Shown piece after piece: positions 19,101 to 28,321 of a stretch of 49,262 bases of DNA. Numbering within the stretch: the first letter of the stretch is position 1; the number at the start of each line of letters is the position of its first letter. The notes below the pieces were generated by a model, which was not told the origin of the DNA, searched no databases, and was given only the letters and a program-made list of their open reading frames with translations. The stretch comes from an uncultured Gemmatimonadota bacterium (GTDB lineage: Bacteria > GCA-2686955). The DNA lies in the NCBI GenBank assembly GCA_964490075.1, contig CAZBBK010000040.1, positions 1-49,262 of the forward strand, read 5' to 3'. The translations under genes were made by a program, and so were the position numbers.

Positions 19101-20173
19101 GGGACCTGGGATCCGACGACTTCACGATCGACTTCTGGATGCGCCCGGCTTCATCCGGCGACACGCGGGGTCTCTTCGCGCTGGGCAAGAACTCGAATCC
19201 GGACTGGCGGCAGTTCAACATCGAGCAGAGAACGGACGGACGCATCCGCTGGAACATCCAGCAGAGCTCCTCTTTCGTCTTCGACATCACCGCCCCATCC
19301 GCGCCCCCGCTCGATCAGTGGTCGCACATCGCGGCGGTTCGCGATGGGGACGACTTCAGGCTCTTTGTCAACGGTACGCAGATGGCCTCGGCCAGCAGAT
19401 CGGTCACTCTCGATGACTACGATGACGCCCTGGTCATCGGGCGCCGGCCGGAGCTCGGGCAGTACAACGGCCATATCGACGAGCTACGCGTTTCCACAGG
19501 TATCGCCCGGTGGACCGGCGACTTCACGCCCCCCAGCGCCCCTCACGGCGACGATATCTACACCAAGCTGCTTTTCCCCATGGATGGTGATGAGTCCGAC
19601 TCCGGCCACGCGGTGAGCTTGGTTGGCGACGGAGACGTCAAGCTCGCCGCCGACATCGGCAAGTGGAACGGCAGTTTTGCCTTCGCCGGCAGTCCCGGAC
19701 ATCTCTCGATTCCCGATCACGACGACTGGTACTTCGACTCCGACGATTTCACCATCGACCTGTGGGTGCGCTTCGACACCGTTGCGAACTCGGGATTCGT
19801 CTCGCAATGGGACGATGGTACCAATCTCTGGCGCTTCTACTTCTATAGTTCGCAGCTGCGCTTCGATAGCTACGCTTTCGCCCATGCCGGCGGCTCATTC
19901 GGCATCTACCGAAGCTGGGTCCCGGCCACGGACACCTGGTACCATCTCGCCCTCACGCGCTCGGGAGGCGACTGGCGCCTCTTCGTCGACGGCAGCCAGC
20001 TCGGCGCAACCGAGACCGATAGCTTCACTCTGCCCGATCTCGGTAGCCCCGCCAACGTCGGCTGGGACCCTGACGCCGGCCTCTACTTGGACGGGCAGAT
20101 CGACGAGCTGCGGATCGCGGCCGGCGTTGCTCACTGGGCATCGAACTTCACGCCGCCCGTGGCTCCCTACTAG
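16142..20173 (+). CDS. Secreted beta-helix / Ig-like / beta-helix protein with two C-terminal LamG (concanavalin A-like) domains, paralog 2
   Basis: Signal peptide ...CATVATA|ATIHVP; same middle modules as 10142. Two copies of 'LL..DG...KF/WxG...DFTID.W...W.H.A..R.G....LFV.G...G.IDELR...G.A.W...FTPP.AP'. Confidence 0.85.
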   Translation: MRHIARSAAAVVLACATVATAATIHVPADQPTIQDGINAAVNGDEVVVAPGSYHEASVSFGGRAITVRGSDPNDWAVVEATVVDADAAGPVFNFGNGEDSTSVLSGLTVTDGIGIWGIGGGIYVSNCSPKIERCLITGNSASARGGGLGYYDAPNPIAVECRIEGNTTNGQGGGVSSYYGGTFRDCLFIDNTASSGGAAYSYTDGLTFINCVLANNTATGSGGAIHACWADGVVVTNCTIYGNSATGSGGTLHVSCPSTVAFKNSILWNALQGGQNEIDSGGYPGVSATYCDIQGGWGGAGNIASDPSLLDPAAGDYHLAIGSPCIDAGTASGAPAVDYEGDARPFDGLFDIGADEFTGPPCLLDLSVISFTPTLAVGEVLEIEAEVSNSCDISQDFNSVKVSAQGPASAEFYLINNVTVSLRPGETRARSLRKMIPFNAPPGDYDLTLEVLLDDFVLASEAFTITVTASGDIITVPGDFARIQDAIMVAADGDQVVVSPGTYAEWDIRLLGKAITVRGTDPADSATVAGTVVDAGGNGRGFYVADGEGHDTVISGLTIANGYAREGGGIGCWESAPTISRCVIRDCDAHAAGMGGGAIWGKDSDLVLDDCTLSGNSAVSYGGAISLSTASSAMGGILSLPATPEITDCRIEGNSAGSGAGLFFSNVRPAIQGCVLLANSATVQGGGIFGVTSAAATIEDCTFEGNVAGFGGGISLQRCQATIEGGSWLENEALEAFFGGGGIFADRTTLTLSGASFTLNSSGNDGGGLYLNAGSATIERTLIAESFAGARGGGICVASNPLTLTNCTVVDNDALEGAGIYAYSGGTTTGLNNIVTGAATALHPDYRIAMSYSLVEGGWSGEGNLDVDPLYRDPGSLDFHLQSIACGDAADSPAIDAGDPATADSLLGCDDGLGSGAADMGAYGGGAAAGASQTVLLLHGDGDQSASQHRLGAHGAPRLDAGVAKFGAGSCYFGGADFFTVSDHPDWDLGSDDFTIDFWMRPASSGDTRGLFALGKNSNPDWRQFNIEQRTDGRIRWNIQQSSSFVFDITAPSAPPLDQWSHIAAVRDGDDFRLFVNGTQMASASRSVTLDDYDDALVIGRRPELGQYNGHIDELRVSTGIARWTGDFTPPSAPHGDDIYTKLLFPMDGDESDSGHAVSLVGDGDVKLAADIGKWNGSFAFAGSPGHLSIPDHDDWYFDSDDFTIDLWVRFDTVANSGFVSQWDDGTNLWRFYFYSSQLRFDSYAFAHAGGSFGIYRSWVPATDTWYHLALTRSGGDWRLFVDGSQLGATETDSFTLPDLGSPANVGWDPDAGLYLDGQIDELRIAAGVAHWASNFTPPVAPY

Positions 20174-20186
20174 GAGCTCGTTGCGC

Positions 20187-22474
20187 ATGAAACAGTCTTT
20201 ATCGATTTCCATCTCAGCGTCGCTGCTCGCGGCGACCGTCGCCACCGCCGCCACCATCCACGTCCCCGCTGATCAGCCAACCATTCAGAGCGGGATCAAC
20301 GCCTCGGCGGACGGCGATGAAGTGATCGTTGCGCCCGGGGTCTATCACGAGACCGCGATCGACTTCGGCGGGCGTGCGATCACCGTTCGCGGCAGCGATC
20401 CAGACGACTGGGCGGTGGTCGAGGCTACGGTGGTGGACGCGGATGGCGCCTCGGCGGTTGTGTATTTTCGAACCGGAGAGGATTCTAGCAGCGTGCTTGC
20501 CGGACTCACGCTCACCGATGGCGACGCCCACTCTGGTGGAGGTATTTATGTTCAGGGCGCTTCCTGCCGAGTCGAGAGATGCCTGATCAGAAACAACATT
20601 GCGAGCTCACGCGGAGGAGGGATATATGCTACCAACTGTACTGTCCCACCGACGATTGCCGACTGCCGCATCGAAAACAACTCCGCTGTTCAGGGGGGTG
20701 GGGTTGCGTGGACATTCTCGCTTGTCCTCGAGAGCTGTAGCATTACTGGCAACAGCGCGGGAACCGGCGGTGGCCTGTCGGTTCATGGCGCGCCCGCGTC
20801 CATCACCAATTGTGTGGTAGCAGACAACGAGGCATCCTCCGACGGCGGAGGCATCTACGCCGATTTTTCCAGTGGATACCCTTTCAACGTGACGAACTGC
20901 ACGATCTACGGGAACTTGGCTGGCAGCTCGGGAGTGGGGTTGTACCTCAACCGTGATTCGGCCATTCCGTTTTCCAATGCGATCCTCTGGAACGTGTTGC
21001 AGGGGGGGCAGAACGAGATCGAGAAGGGTTTCTACACCGGAGTGTCAGCTACCTACTCCGACATTCAAGGCGGCTGGGCGGGAACTGGCAATATCGACAG
21101 CAATCCGCAGCTTCTCGATCCGGCTGCAGGCGATTACCATCTGTCTGGCGGTTCTCCGTGCATCGATGTGGGGGGCCTGGTAGGCGCGCCCGCGGTCGAC
21201 TACGAGGGTGATGCGCGACCCTACGGTGGTGGAAACGACATTGGCGCGGACGAATTCACGCCACCCTGTGATCTGGACCTTTCGATCGTCAGCTTCACGC
21301 CGACTCTGGCGGTGGGTGAGGTGTTGGAGATCGCCGCAGAGGTGTCGAATCCTTGCCTGGATTCGAAGGACTTCAACTCCGTGAAGATCAGCGCCCAGGG
21401 CCCCGCCTCCGCCGAGTTCTACCTGATCAACAACGTCACCGTTTCGCTGCGGCCGGGAGAGACACGCACGCGCTCGTTGCGCAAGATGGTCCCCTTCAAC
21501 GCCCCAACCGGCGACTACGACCTGACCCTGGAAGTGCTCCTCGACGACGTCGTTCTGGCCAGTGAGGCGTTCACGATCACGGTCACTGCTTCTGGCGACA
21601 TCATTACGGTTCCGGGCGACTTCGTCCGCATCCAGGACGCGATCATGGTGGCTGCCGACGGCGACCAGGTGGTGGTCTCCCCGGGCACCTACGCGGAATG
21701 GAACATCCGACTGCTGGGCAAGGCGATCACGGTGCGCGGCACCGACCCGGCCGACTCGGCGACGGTGGCGGGCACGGTGGTCGATGCCTGCGGCGACGCG
21801 GCCGACTCGCCGGCGATCGACGCCGGGGATCCGGCCACCGCCGACAGTCTGCTCGGCTGTGACGACGGGCTGGGGAGCAGCGCGGCGGACATGGGGGCGT
21901 ATGGCGGGGGCGCGGCGGCCGCGGCCGTGCAAGCATCCCGCCTCGACTGGCTGAACGCCGGTAGCACCACCGACGGTGTGTACACCATCGACCCGGACGG
22001 CGATGGGGGCCTCGATCCCTTCGATGGTAACGCGAGATGGACGACAAAGGCGGCGGCTGGACTCTGGTCATGAGCCGCAATTTGGGCGACCCCACCGCGC
22101 ACACCTCTGATCTGTTGCTACCGGCGGACGACAATAAAGCGCTCACGAACGATCGCTGGGTCGCGCTGCGGGGAGTCTGCACGGAGTCGATGGGTTCCTT
22201 CAACGCGTATGGCATCGACTACTTGCCGGTGTCGCAGATCGCAGATCTCGAGGCAGCGAACTGTGCTGCTCTGAGAGCGGATTTGACCCAGGACACACTC
22301 GTCCACGACGAAATCAACCTCTGCGATGGCTATGGTGGCGACTACCGCGGCGGGTTCGGCATCTGTACACCATTCTGTGGTCTGAATACAGCTTTCTACG
22401 ACTTCGGTCGAGGGCTCTACGTGAACGGACCGTCCTACGCCAATCCGGATCGGGCGTTGATGTACGTTCGGTAG
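20187..22474 (+). pseudogene. Paralog 3: beta-helix / Ig-like / internally deleted second beta-helix / frameshifted fibrinogen-like C-terminal domain
   Basis: ORF 20187-22073 jumps TVVDA|CGDAADSP relative to paralog 2. 'DGVYTIDPDG.GG.DPF' continues as 'MDDKGGGWTLV' in another frame (22037-22474). Confidence 0.75.
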
Positions 22475-22514
22475 CCCCCACTCTGCACCCGGTCGACGCC
22501 ACGATCAGCTCTCG

Positions 22515-24044
22515 CTACCGGTCTTCCCATACCCAACGGAAGTTCAACGGCCCCCCGTAGGCACCCATGTCGCTGCGGGGCCCGTCCTGGTGGAAGGGGG
22601 GCCACCACGGGATGCTGTCGTAGATTCGGTCCGACCATAGGGGATTGCCGGCATCGATGCAGGGCGAGCCGGGACCGAGCACGAAATCGCGCGAGCGATA
22701 GGTGAGGAAGAGCGGATCGGCGCTGATGTTGCCCATGCCGCCGTCCCATCCTTCCTCGACGTTGCAGTAGTCCAGGCGCGGGCCACTGTAGAGGATCCGG
22801 TTGATGTCGCGCGGGCGGTTGCCCCACAGAATCGTGCTTTCGATGATCGGCGACGAGTGGTCGCGACAGCTGATGCCGCCGGCGCGATTGAAGCCGAGCG
22901 TGGTGTTGTAGGCGATGGTGCAGAACCCGATGTTCGGCGAGGACTGCCGCATCCGAATCGCGCCGCCGTCCCAGCCGCTCTCGTTGTCGGTCAGAATGCT
23001 GTTCAGAAGATACGCTCGGGACTGGTAGAAGTAGATCGCGCCCCCCTCATCAGCGTAGTTATCGCGCAGATCCAGACTCGCCATGTGGGTGCGGGCGGTG
23101 GAGCCGCAGAAGAGCCCACCGCCGTACACGGTCGCGGAATTGTCGTGAATCACGCTGTCGTAGAAGAGATCGCGCGATTCAGTCGCGAAGTGGGCGCCGC
23201 CGCCGGTGTTGCTGGCGAAGTTGCCGCTCAGCTCGCAGTCGCGGATCGTCGAGCTGGAGAACCCGAGCCAGAGCCCGCCACCGACCGCCGCCGAGTTGCC
23301 CTCGAATCGGCTGTCGGCGATGGAGGGGCTGGCGCTGTGGACATAGGCCCCCCCGCCGTCGGTGGGCGAAGTGTTGCCGCTCACGCGAGATCCGGTCAGC
23401 TCGATCGTCGACTGGCCGGTGCAGTAGAGCCCCCCCCCGACGTAGCCGCTGGCGCAGTTGGTGATCGAGCTGAGCGTGACCAGCATCGCGCCGCCATTCG
23501 CACTCAACCCGCCGCCGTAGAGCTCGGCATAGCAGCTCTGAATCGTACAGCTCTCGATCCGCGCGGCGCTCTCCCATCCGCCGATGCCACCGCCCGCGCT
23601 CTCCGAGACGCAGTCGACCACCACGCAGCGGCGAATCGTGGGGGACGCCCCCTCCCGGCAGGTGATGCCGCCGGCGCTCATGGGGTCCTGAGGCAGGCCG
23701 CCGCGGCCCCCGCGAATGGTGAGGCCCTCGAGGATGCTGCTCGAGCCTTCGCCGCTGTGGAAGGTGAGCACCGTGGCCGTCGAATCGCCGTCGATCACCG
23801 TGGTGGAGACGATCAGGGAGTCGAAGGGATCGCTGCTGCGCACCACGATGCCCTTGCCGCGAAAGTCGAGCTGGTGCTCGAAGTAGGTGCCGGGCGCGAC
23901 CTGGACCGAATCGCCCTCGCCAGCGACATCGATTCCCTGCTGAATCGTCGGCTGGTCGCCGGGAACATGCACCGTCAAGGCGCGCGCCGGCACGGCCGCC
24001 AGGAGGCAGGTCCAGCCAGTCGCCATCGCGGGAGTCGTTCGCAT
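22515..24044 (-). CDS. Secreted right-handed beta-helix protein
   Basis: Signal peptide ...VPARA|LTVHVPGDQPTIQQGID; GGG/N repeats; C-terminal 'SPCIDAGNP...RSDMGAYGGP'. Confidence 0.85.
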   Translation of the reverse strand: MRTTPAMATGWTCLLAAVPARALTVHVPGDQPTIQQGIDVAGEGDSVQVAPGTYFEHQLDFRGKGIVVRSSDPFDSLIVSTTVIDGDSTATVLTFHSGEGSSSILEGLTIRGGRGGLPQDPMSAGGITCREGASPTIRRCVVVDCVSESAGGGIGGWESAARIESCTIQSCYAELYGGGLSANGGAMLVTLSSITNCASGYVGGGLYCTGQSTIELTGSRVSGNTSPTDGGGAYVHSASPSIADSRFEGNSAAVGGGLWLGFSSSTIRDCELSGNFASNTGGGAHFATESRDLFYDSVIHDNSATVYGGGLFCGSTARTHMASLDLRDNYADEGGAIYFYQSRAYLLNSILTDNESGWDGGAIRMRQSSPNIGFCTIAYNTTLGFNRAGGISCRDHSSPIIESTILWGNRPRDINRILYSGPRLDYCNVEEGWDGGMGNISADPLFLTYRSRDFVLGPGSPCIDAGNPLWSDRIYDSIPWWPPFHQDGPRSDMGAYGGPLNFRWVWEDR

Positions 24045-24078
24045 CGCAGCTCTCCGATTCGGTCGTTGTTGCGCGTCG

Positions 24079-25545
24079 CTGCTTCAGAAGGATAAGCCTC
24101 TGCAGCTCGCGCTCGGCGCCCGAAGTCAAGAGTGCGGTGTAGACCCCGCTCGGCACCGCCAACCCCGCGGCGCTCAGGCCGTGCCACTCGAAGACGTGGC
24201 GGCCGGCGGGCAGCGACGCATCGACCAGATTCGCGACCCGACGGCCGGCGACATCGAAGATGGCCAGGTTCACGTGCTGCTCCTCCGGCAGCGTGATCGC
24301 GATGCGGGTCTTCGGGTGGAAGGGGTTGGGAGCGGCGGGCCCCAGTCCGAAGACATAGGCCGGAGCTGATGTCGAGCTCAGCTCGGGTGTCTGGTCTGGC
24401 TGGTGGTCCGCACTCTCGAGCGCCGCTTTGGCCTCCTTCGCTGCCGCCAGCGCCGCGGGGCTCACCGGCTCACCGACCAGCGACTTCGATGCGCCGGCTG
24501 CGCGGCGCGTGGTGATCGGCCGCCCGCGCACGCTGCGCTCCACCTCGATCTCGTCGATCGTCCAGTGGACGACGGGCTCCACCTCTCGCCCGATCTGGGC
24601 GGCGCTCGCCGCGCGGGTGGCTCTGGCCGTGTGCATCCTCCGCCCGGAATCGACTGAGCCGACCGCTCCGTTGCCTGCTCCGCTCGCCAGAGCGGCGAGT
24701 CCGGCCGGCGCCGTCGCGGCCGCGTCGAGGTCGCCGCCACCCGCCGGTGCGCGCGGATCGAGGCCGGCCACGATCATCTCTCCGCCCTCTTCACCGGGCG
24801 CCAGCTCGTTCACTTCGATCACCTCCGCCGAGAGCGAGTCGAGATCGAGCACCGTCGGACCCTCGTAGGCCTTCGCCTCCGGTGTGTAGATTCCGACCGG
24901 CACCGAAGCCGGAATGCGCATGCTGTAGACCGTCGAGCGGACCTCGCCGGCGGCCAATGTGACGCTGGTGGGCGGGAACTGGTAGTAGAGTCCGCCGGCC
25001 TCGTCGAAGACGCGGAAGCGGTGGCTAAAGGTCTGGCCGGTGGGATGGGTGTTGGACAGGGTCTCCTTGAAGTCGTAGGTGCCGCCCTTCGGCACGATCT
25101 CCTGATAGGCGAAGAGCTGCACCGACACCGACTCATCGGCGTAGGGCGCCCCCAGCCAGGGATCGAAGAGCCCGTTGTCGGAGACCGGCACACCCGTCCC
25201 CGAGGGGTTCGCCGAAGCGTGGTAGGGACCCGACGCGTCGCCCTTGTTGGAAGTGAAGGCGATCGGGTCGAGCGCGGTGCCTTCGGAGAGCAGCTCGCCG
25301 TAGACTTACAGCGTGTAGCGCGCCTGGAACCTGACGATCGCTCCCGGGTCGATCGTGACCCGGACTCCGTCCGAGATCGTGACATCGCCGGTCAGCAGGT
25401 GGACCTCGCCTGCTCCGGCCCAGGTCTCGTCGGAGCCGATCGTTCCGGAGTGGGTGGGCAACGACGAGGCCGGTCCGGCCGCGGCCAGCAGCAAGAGGGC
25501 GAGCCACGGGCGGCAGCGCTTCAGGACAGGGCGCAACGGAAACAT
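24079..25545 (-). pseudogene. Degenerate paralog of the 1511-6778 gene (internal stop, large in-frame deletion, lost stop codon)
   Basis: 'HSGTIGSDETWAGAGEVHLL...GAIVRFQARYTL*VYGELLSEGTALDPIAFTSNK|GDASGPYH' is collinear with the 1511 protein. TAA at 25306-25308. The FlgD-Ig end 'LILLK' is followed by CAG where the paralog has TAG. Confidence 0.85.
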
Positions 25546-25859
25546 GGACGGGTGCTCCGGGTGAGAAGGACGGAGGGAGCGGGGGGCGAGAAAGCGGACC
25601 GGAGCCGGGTTGGTGCGGGCGGCGAATGGCCCACAGCGGAAGTGCTCGACGCACCTCAACCAGCGTCCACATTCTCGGGGTCCGCGCTGCGCCTGGCGCG
25701 GTCTCTGCCGAAATCCCCCGGCGGCGGACTTCGCCGCTGCCACGCGCTGCTCGCCCCGAAACGGAACAGCTACCGCAATTGGAACACAGCCCCTGAGACG
25801 CCGCAAGGGACAGGCCGGCGGAAATCGCGCCTGGTGGCGCCGGGCAGACTCCCTCTGAC

Positions 25860-26864
25860 CTACTCCCCCACCACCGCCCCCCACCCACGCCGCAGCTCCT
25901 CATGATCCAGGTCGCGCCCGATCAGCACCAGGATCGACTCCTCCGGCGCATCGCCCATCTCGGGGCGCAGCTCCATCCACTGGTAGATGCCTTGCACCAC
26001 AACCCGCGGGCCGTGGTCGCGACAGCGTACGATCCCTTTCAGGCGCATCAGCTCCCAGGTGCGGCGCTGGCCGACGAACTGCAGCCAGATGCGCAGGCGG
26101 TGGATGTCAAGAGTGTTGCTAGTTCTGAGGGTCAACGCCGACATGCCCTCGGTGTGGTCGTGGGTGCCGCTGCAGCCCTCCTCGCCAGCGCTCGAATGGC
26201 GACAGTCTTCGGGGAGCTCCAAGCGCCAGCGAGCAGGATCGGTGGTTTCGACCTGGAACACCCTCTCCACGGCGACCTGGGCGTGCTCGGTGCGGTCGAT
26301 CGACGCCAGCGGGTTCATCGCCGAGAGTGCCGCTTCGGCGTCGTCGCACGCGGCCGCGTCGACCCGGTCGCAGTGGTTGAGCAGGATGCGATCGGCGTAA
26401 CCGATCTGCTGGCAGGCCTCGGGATGGGCCGCGAGCTGGTGGCGCACGTGCTCGGCGTGGGCCAGGGCGACCACGCCGTCGATGCGGGTGCGCTCGCTGA
26501 GCACCGGATCGGCCAGGAAGGTCTGCACCACCGGCCCCGGCGACGCGGCGCCCGACGCCTCGATGACGATGCGGTCGAAGCGCAGGCGGCGCCAGAAGCG
26601 CCGCGCCCGGCGCTCCAGCAGCGCCGCCACCGTCGCCTGCATGTCGCCGCGGATGGTGCAGCAGATGCAGCCGTTCTGCAGCTCGATCAGCTCCTCGGAG
26701 CTGCCGACCACCAGCGAGCCGTCGATCGACACGTCGCCGAACTCGTTGACCACGATGGCGATGCGCTCGGTCGATCGGCTCGCCAGCAGGCGGTTCAGCA
26801 GCGTCGTCTTGCCGCTGCCTAGGAATCCGGTCAGGAGTGTGATCGGAACGCGCTCGGCCCGCAT
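25860..26864 (-). CDS. COG0523 (CobW/YjiA family) G3E P-loop GTPase, putative metallochaperone
   Basis: GFLGSGKTT, 'VNEFG', 'NGCICCT', 'IEASG', CobW_C-like 'RLKG...VVQG...LVLIGRDLD'; GGAGG RBS. Confidence 0.92.
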   Translation of the reverse strand: MRAERVPITLLTGFLGSGKTTLLNRLLASRSTERIAIVVNEFGDVSIDGSLVVGSSEELIELQNGCICCTIRGDMQATVAALLERRARRFWRRLRFDRIVIEASGAASPGPVVQTFLADPVLSERTRIDGVVALAHAEHVRHQLAAHPEACQQIGYADRILLNHCDRVDAAACDDAEAALSAMNPLASIDRTEHAQVAVERVFQVETTDPARWRLELPEDCRHSSAGEEGCSGTHDHTEGMSALTLRTSNTLDIHRLRIWLQFVGQRRTWELMRLKGIVRCRDHGPRVVVQGIYQWMELRPEMGDAPEESILVLIGRDLDHEELRRGWGAVVGE

Positions 26865-26866
26865 CT

Positions 26867-28318
26867 TCAGCCTCCCTCGACCGGGTCCTCCAGCTCGACC
26901 TCGGTCCAATCCCCCTCGAGCGGAGCGGCGAAGGTGCCCGGATCGCCAACCACCATCACGTGCAAGGAGTCGGGCTTCAGGTGCTCGCGGGCGACTCGCG
27001 TCAGGTCGTCGAGTGTCACCGCCGCGATCCGCTCCAGGGCTCGCGCCCCGTGGTCTCGAGGCAGGCCGTAGTGCTCGTGGTGCACCGCGCGCCCGACGAT
27101 CTTGGCGGGCGAGTCGAAGCGGAACACGATGCCGTTGAGCATCATATTTCTCGCCAGCTCGAACTCATCACGCGTCACTCCGCCGGTGCGCAGTCGCTCG
27201 ATTTCCGATCCGAGCAGCCCCAGCACCTCGGCGGTCGCCGCGGCCTTGGTCATGGCGTAGGCCGCGAAGTAGCCGTGGTAGCTCAAGCCGAAGTCCATGA
27301 AGCTGCCGGTCGAGTAGGCGAGCCCGCGGTTGTTGCGGATCTCGGTCATCAGCCGCGAGACGAAGCCGCCGCCGCCGAGAACGGTGTTCAGCATCTGCAG
27401 CGCGTAGCGATCGGGGTGCGTTTCGTCGACCAGGAAATGTCCCACGATCACCGTGCTCTGGCTCACCTCCTTGGCGGCCAGCGCCTGGACCGATCGATCG
27501 ACCGCCGAGCGCCGGCGCGGCGCCGCTACCGGCTCCTCGGAGCGCCGCCAGCCGCTCAGAGCGTGCATGATCTGATCCTCGATCCGGTCGCGGTCGAAGG
27601 CCCCCGAAACCCCGATGATCGCGTGGTCGGGACGCACGTAGCGCTCGTGATAGGCGACCACGTCGGCGCGCTCGATGCGGCCGATCGTGGCGAAGCTGGG
27701 GGTGCGGGCGCTCGGATGGTCGGCGCCTTGCAGCAGCTTGAAGAACTCCCGGAAGCCGACCGAGATCGGGTAGTCGTTCTGGCGGCGGATCTCGTCCTTC
27801 TCGCGGGCCTTCGCCTCGCTCAGCCGCGCCGGGTCGAAGGCCGGCCGGGTCAGCATCTGGGCCAGAATCTCGAGCGCCGGCTCGAAGTTCTTGCGGTGGA
27901 CGTTCAACGAGCCGATGCCGGAATCCTCGTCGATGTGCAGCGAGAGGTTCGCCGCCAGGTCGTCGAGACGGTCGTCGATCTCATCGGCCGGCATCGACTC
28001 GGTGCCGCCGGTGCGCAGCAGATCTCCGGTGATCGCCGCGAGCCCGGTCAACCCCTGCGGCTCGTACTCCGCCCCGGCGCGAAAGCGCAGATCGAGATCG
28101 ATCAGGGGCAGACGGTCGGAATGGAGGAGGTGCAGCACCACGCCGTTCGGCAGCACCACCCGCTCGGTGGAAGGAGGCTCGAAATCGAGCTCGGCGAAGC
28201 GCAGCGCGGCGGGATCGGGATGGGGACGAAGAGCCGGCGTGGAGCGCCCAGAAGAGGCGCAACCGGCGATCAGAGCCGCGAAAAAGAGTGTCGTCAGTTC
28301 GCTTCGAATTGGTTTCAC
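26867..28318 (-). CDS. M16 family peptidase-like lipoprotein (non-catalytic subunit)
   Basis: Lipobox LIAGC; 'LPNGV', 'GLA..T..LL..GG', 'LGGGGFVSRL..EIR..RGLAY'; no HxxEH. Confidence 0.88.
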   Translation of the reverse strand: MKPIRSELTTLFFAALIAGCASSGRSTPALRPHPDPAALRFAELDFEPPSTERVVLPNGVVLHLLHSDRLPLIDLDLRFRAGAEYEPQGLTGLAAITGDLLRTGGTESMPADEIDDRLDDLAANLSLHIDEDSGIGSLNVHRKNFEPALEILAQMLTRPAFDPARLSEAKAREKDEIRRQNDYPISVGFREFFKLLQGADHPSARTPSFATIGRIERADVVAYHERYVRPDHAIIGVSGAFDRDRIEDQIMHALSGWRRSEEPVAAPRRRSAVDRSVQALAAKEVSQSTVIVGHFLVDETHPDRYALQMLNTVLGGGGFVSRLMTEIRNNRGLAYSTGSFMDFGLSYHGYFAAYAMTKAAATAEVLGLLGSEIERLRTGGVTRDEFELARNMMLNGIVFRFDSPAKIVGRAVHHEHYGLPRDHGARALERIAAVTLDDLTRVAREHLKPDSLHVMVVGDPGTFAAPLEGDWTEVELEDPVEGG

Positions 28319-28321
28319 GGG

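Noticed and set aside
23179-24078. C-terminal extension of ORF 23179-25191
   Set aside because: Read-through into an off-frame of the 22515-24044 gene after loss of the stop codon; not protein-like.
1511-25545. Diversity-generating retroelement, CRISPR array or invertase shufflon as an explanation for the repeats
   Set aside because: No reverse transcriptase, cas, recombinase or transposase gene in the window. The repeats are coding paralogy without adenine-specific variation or spacer structure.
25755-25800. GGAACA direct repeat upstream of the remnant gene
   Set aside because: Only two short copies; cannot be distinguished from chance or assigned to a regulator.
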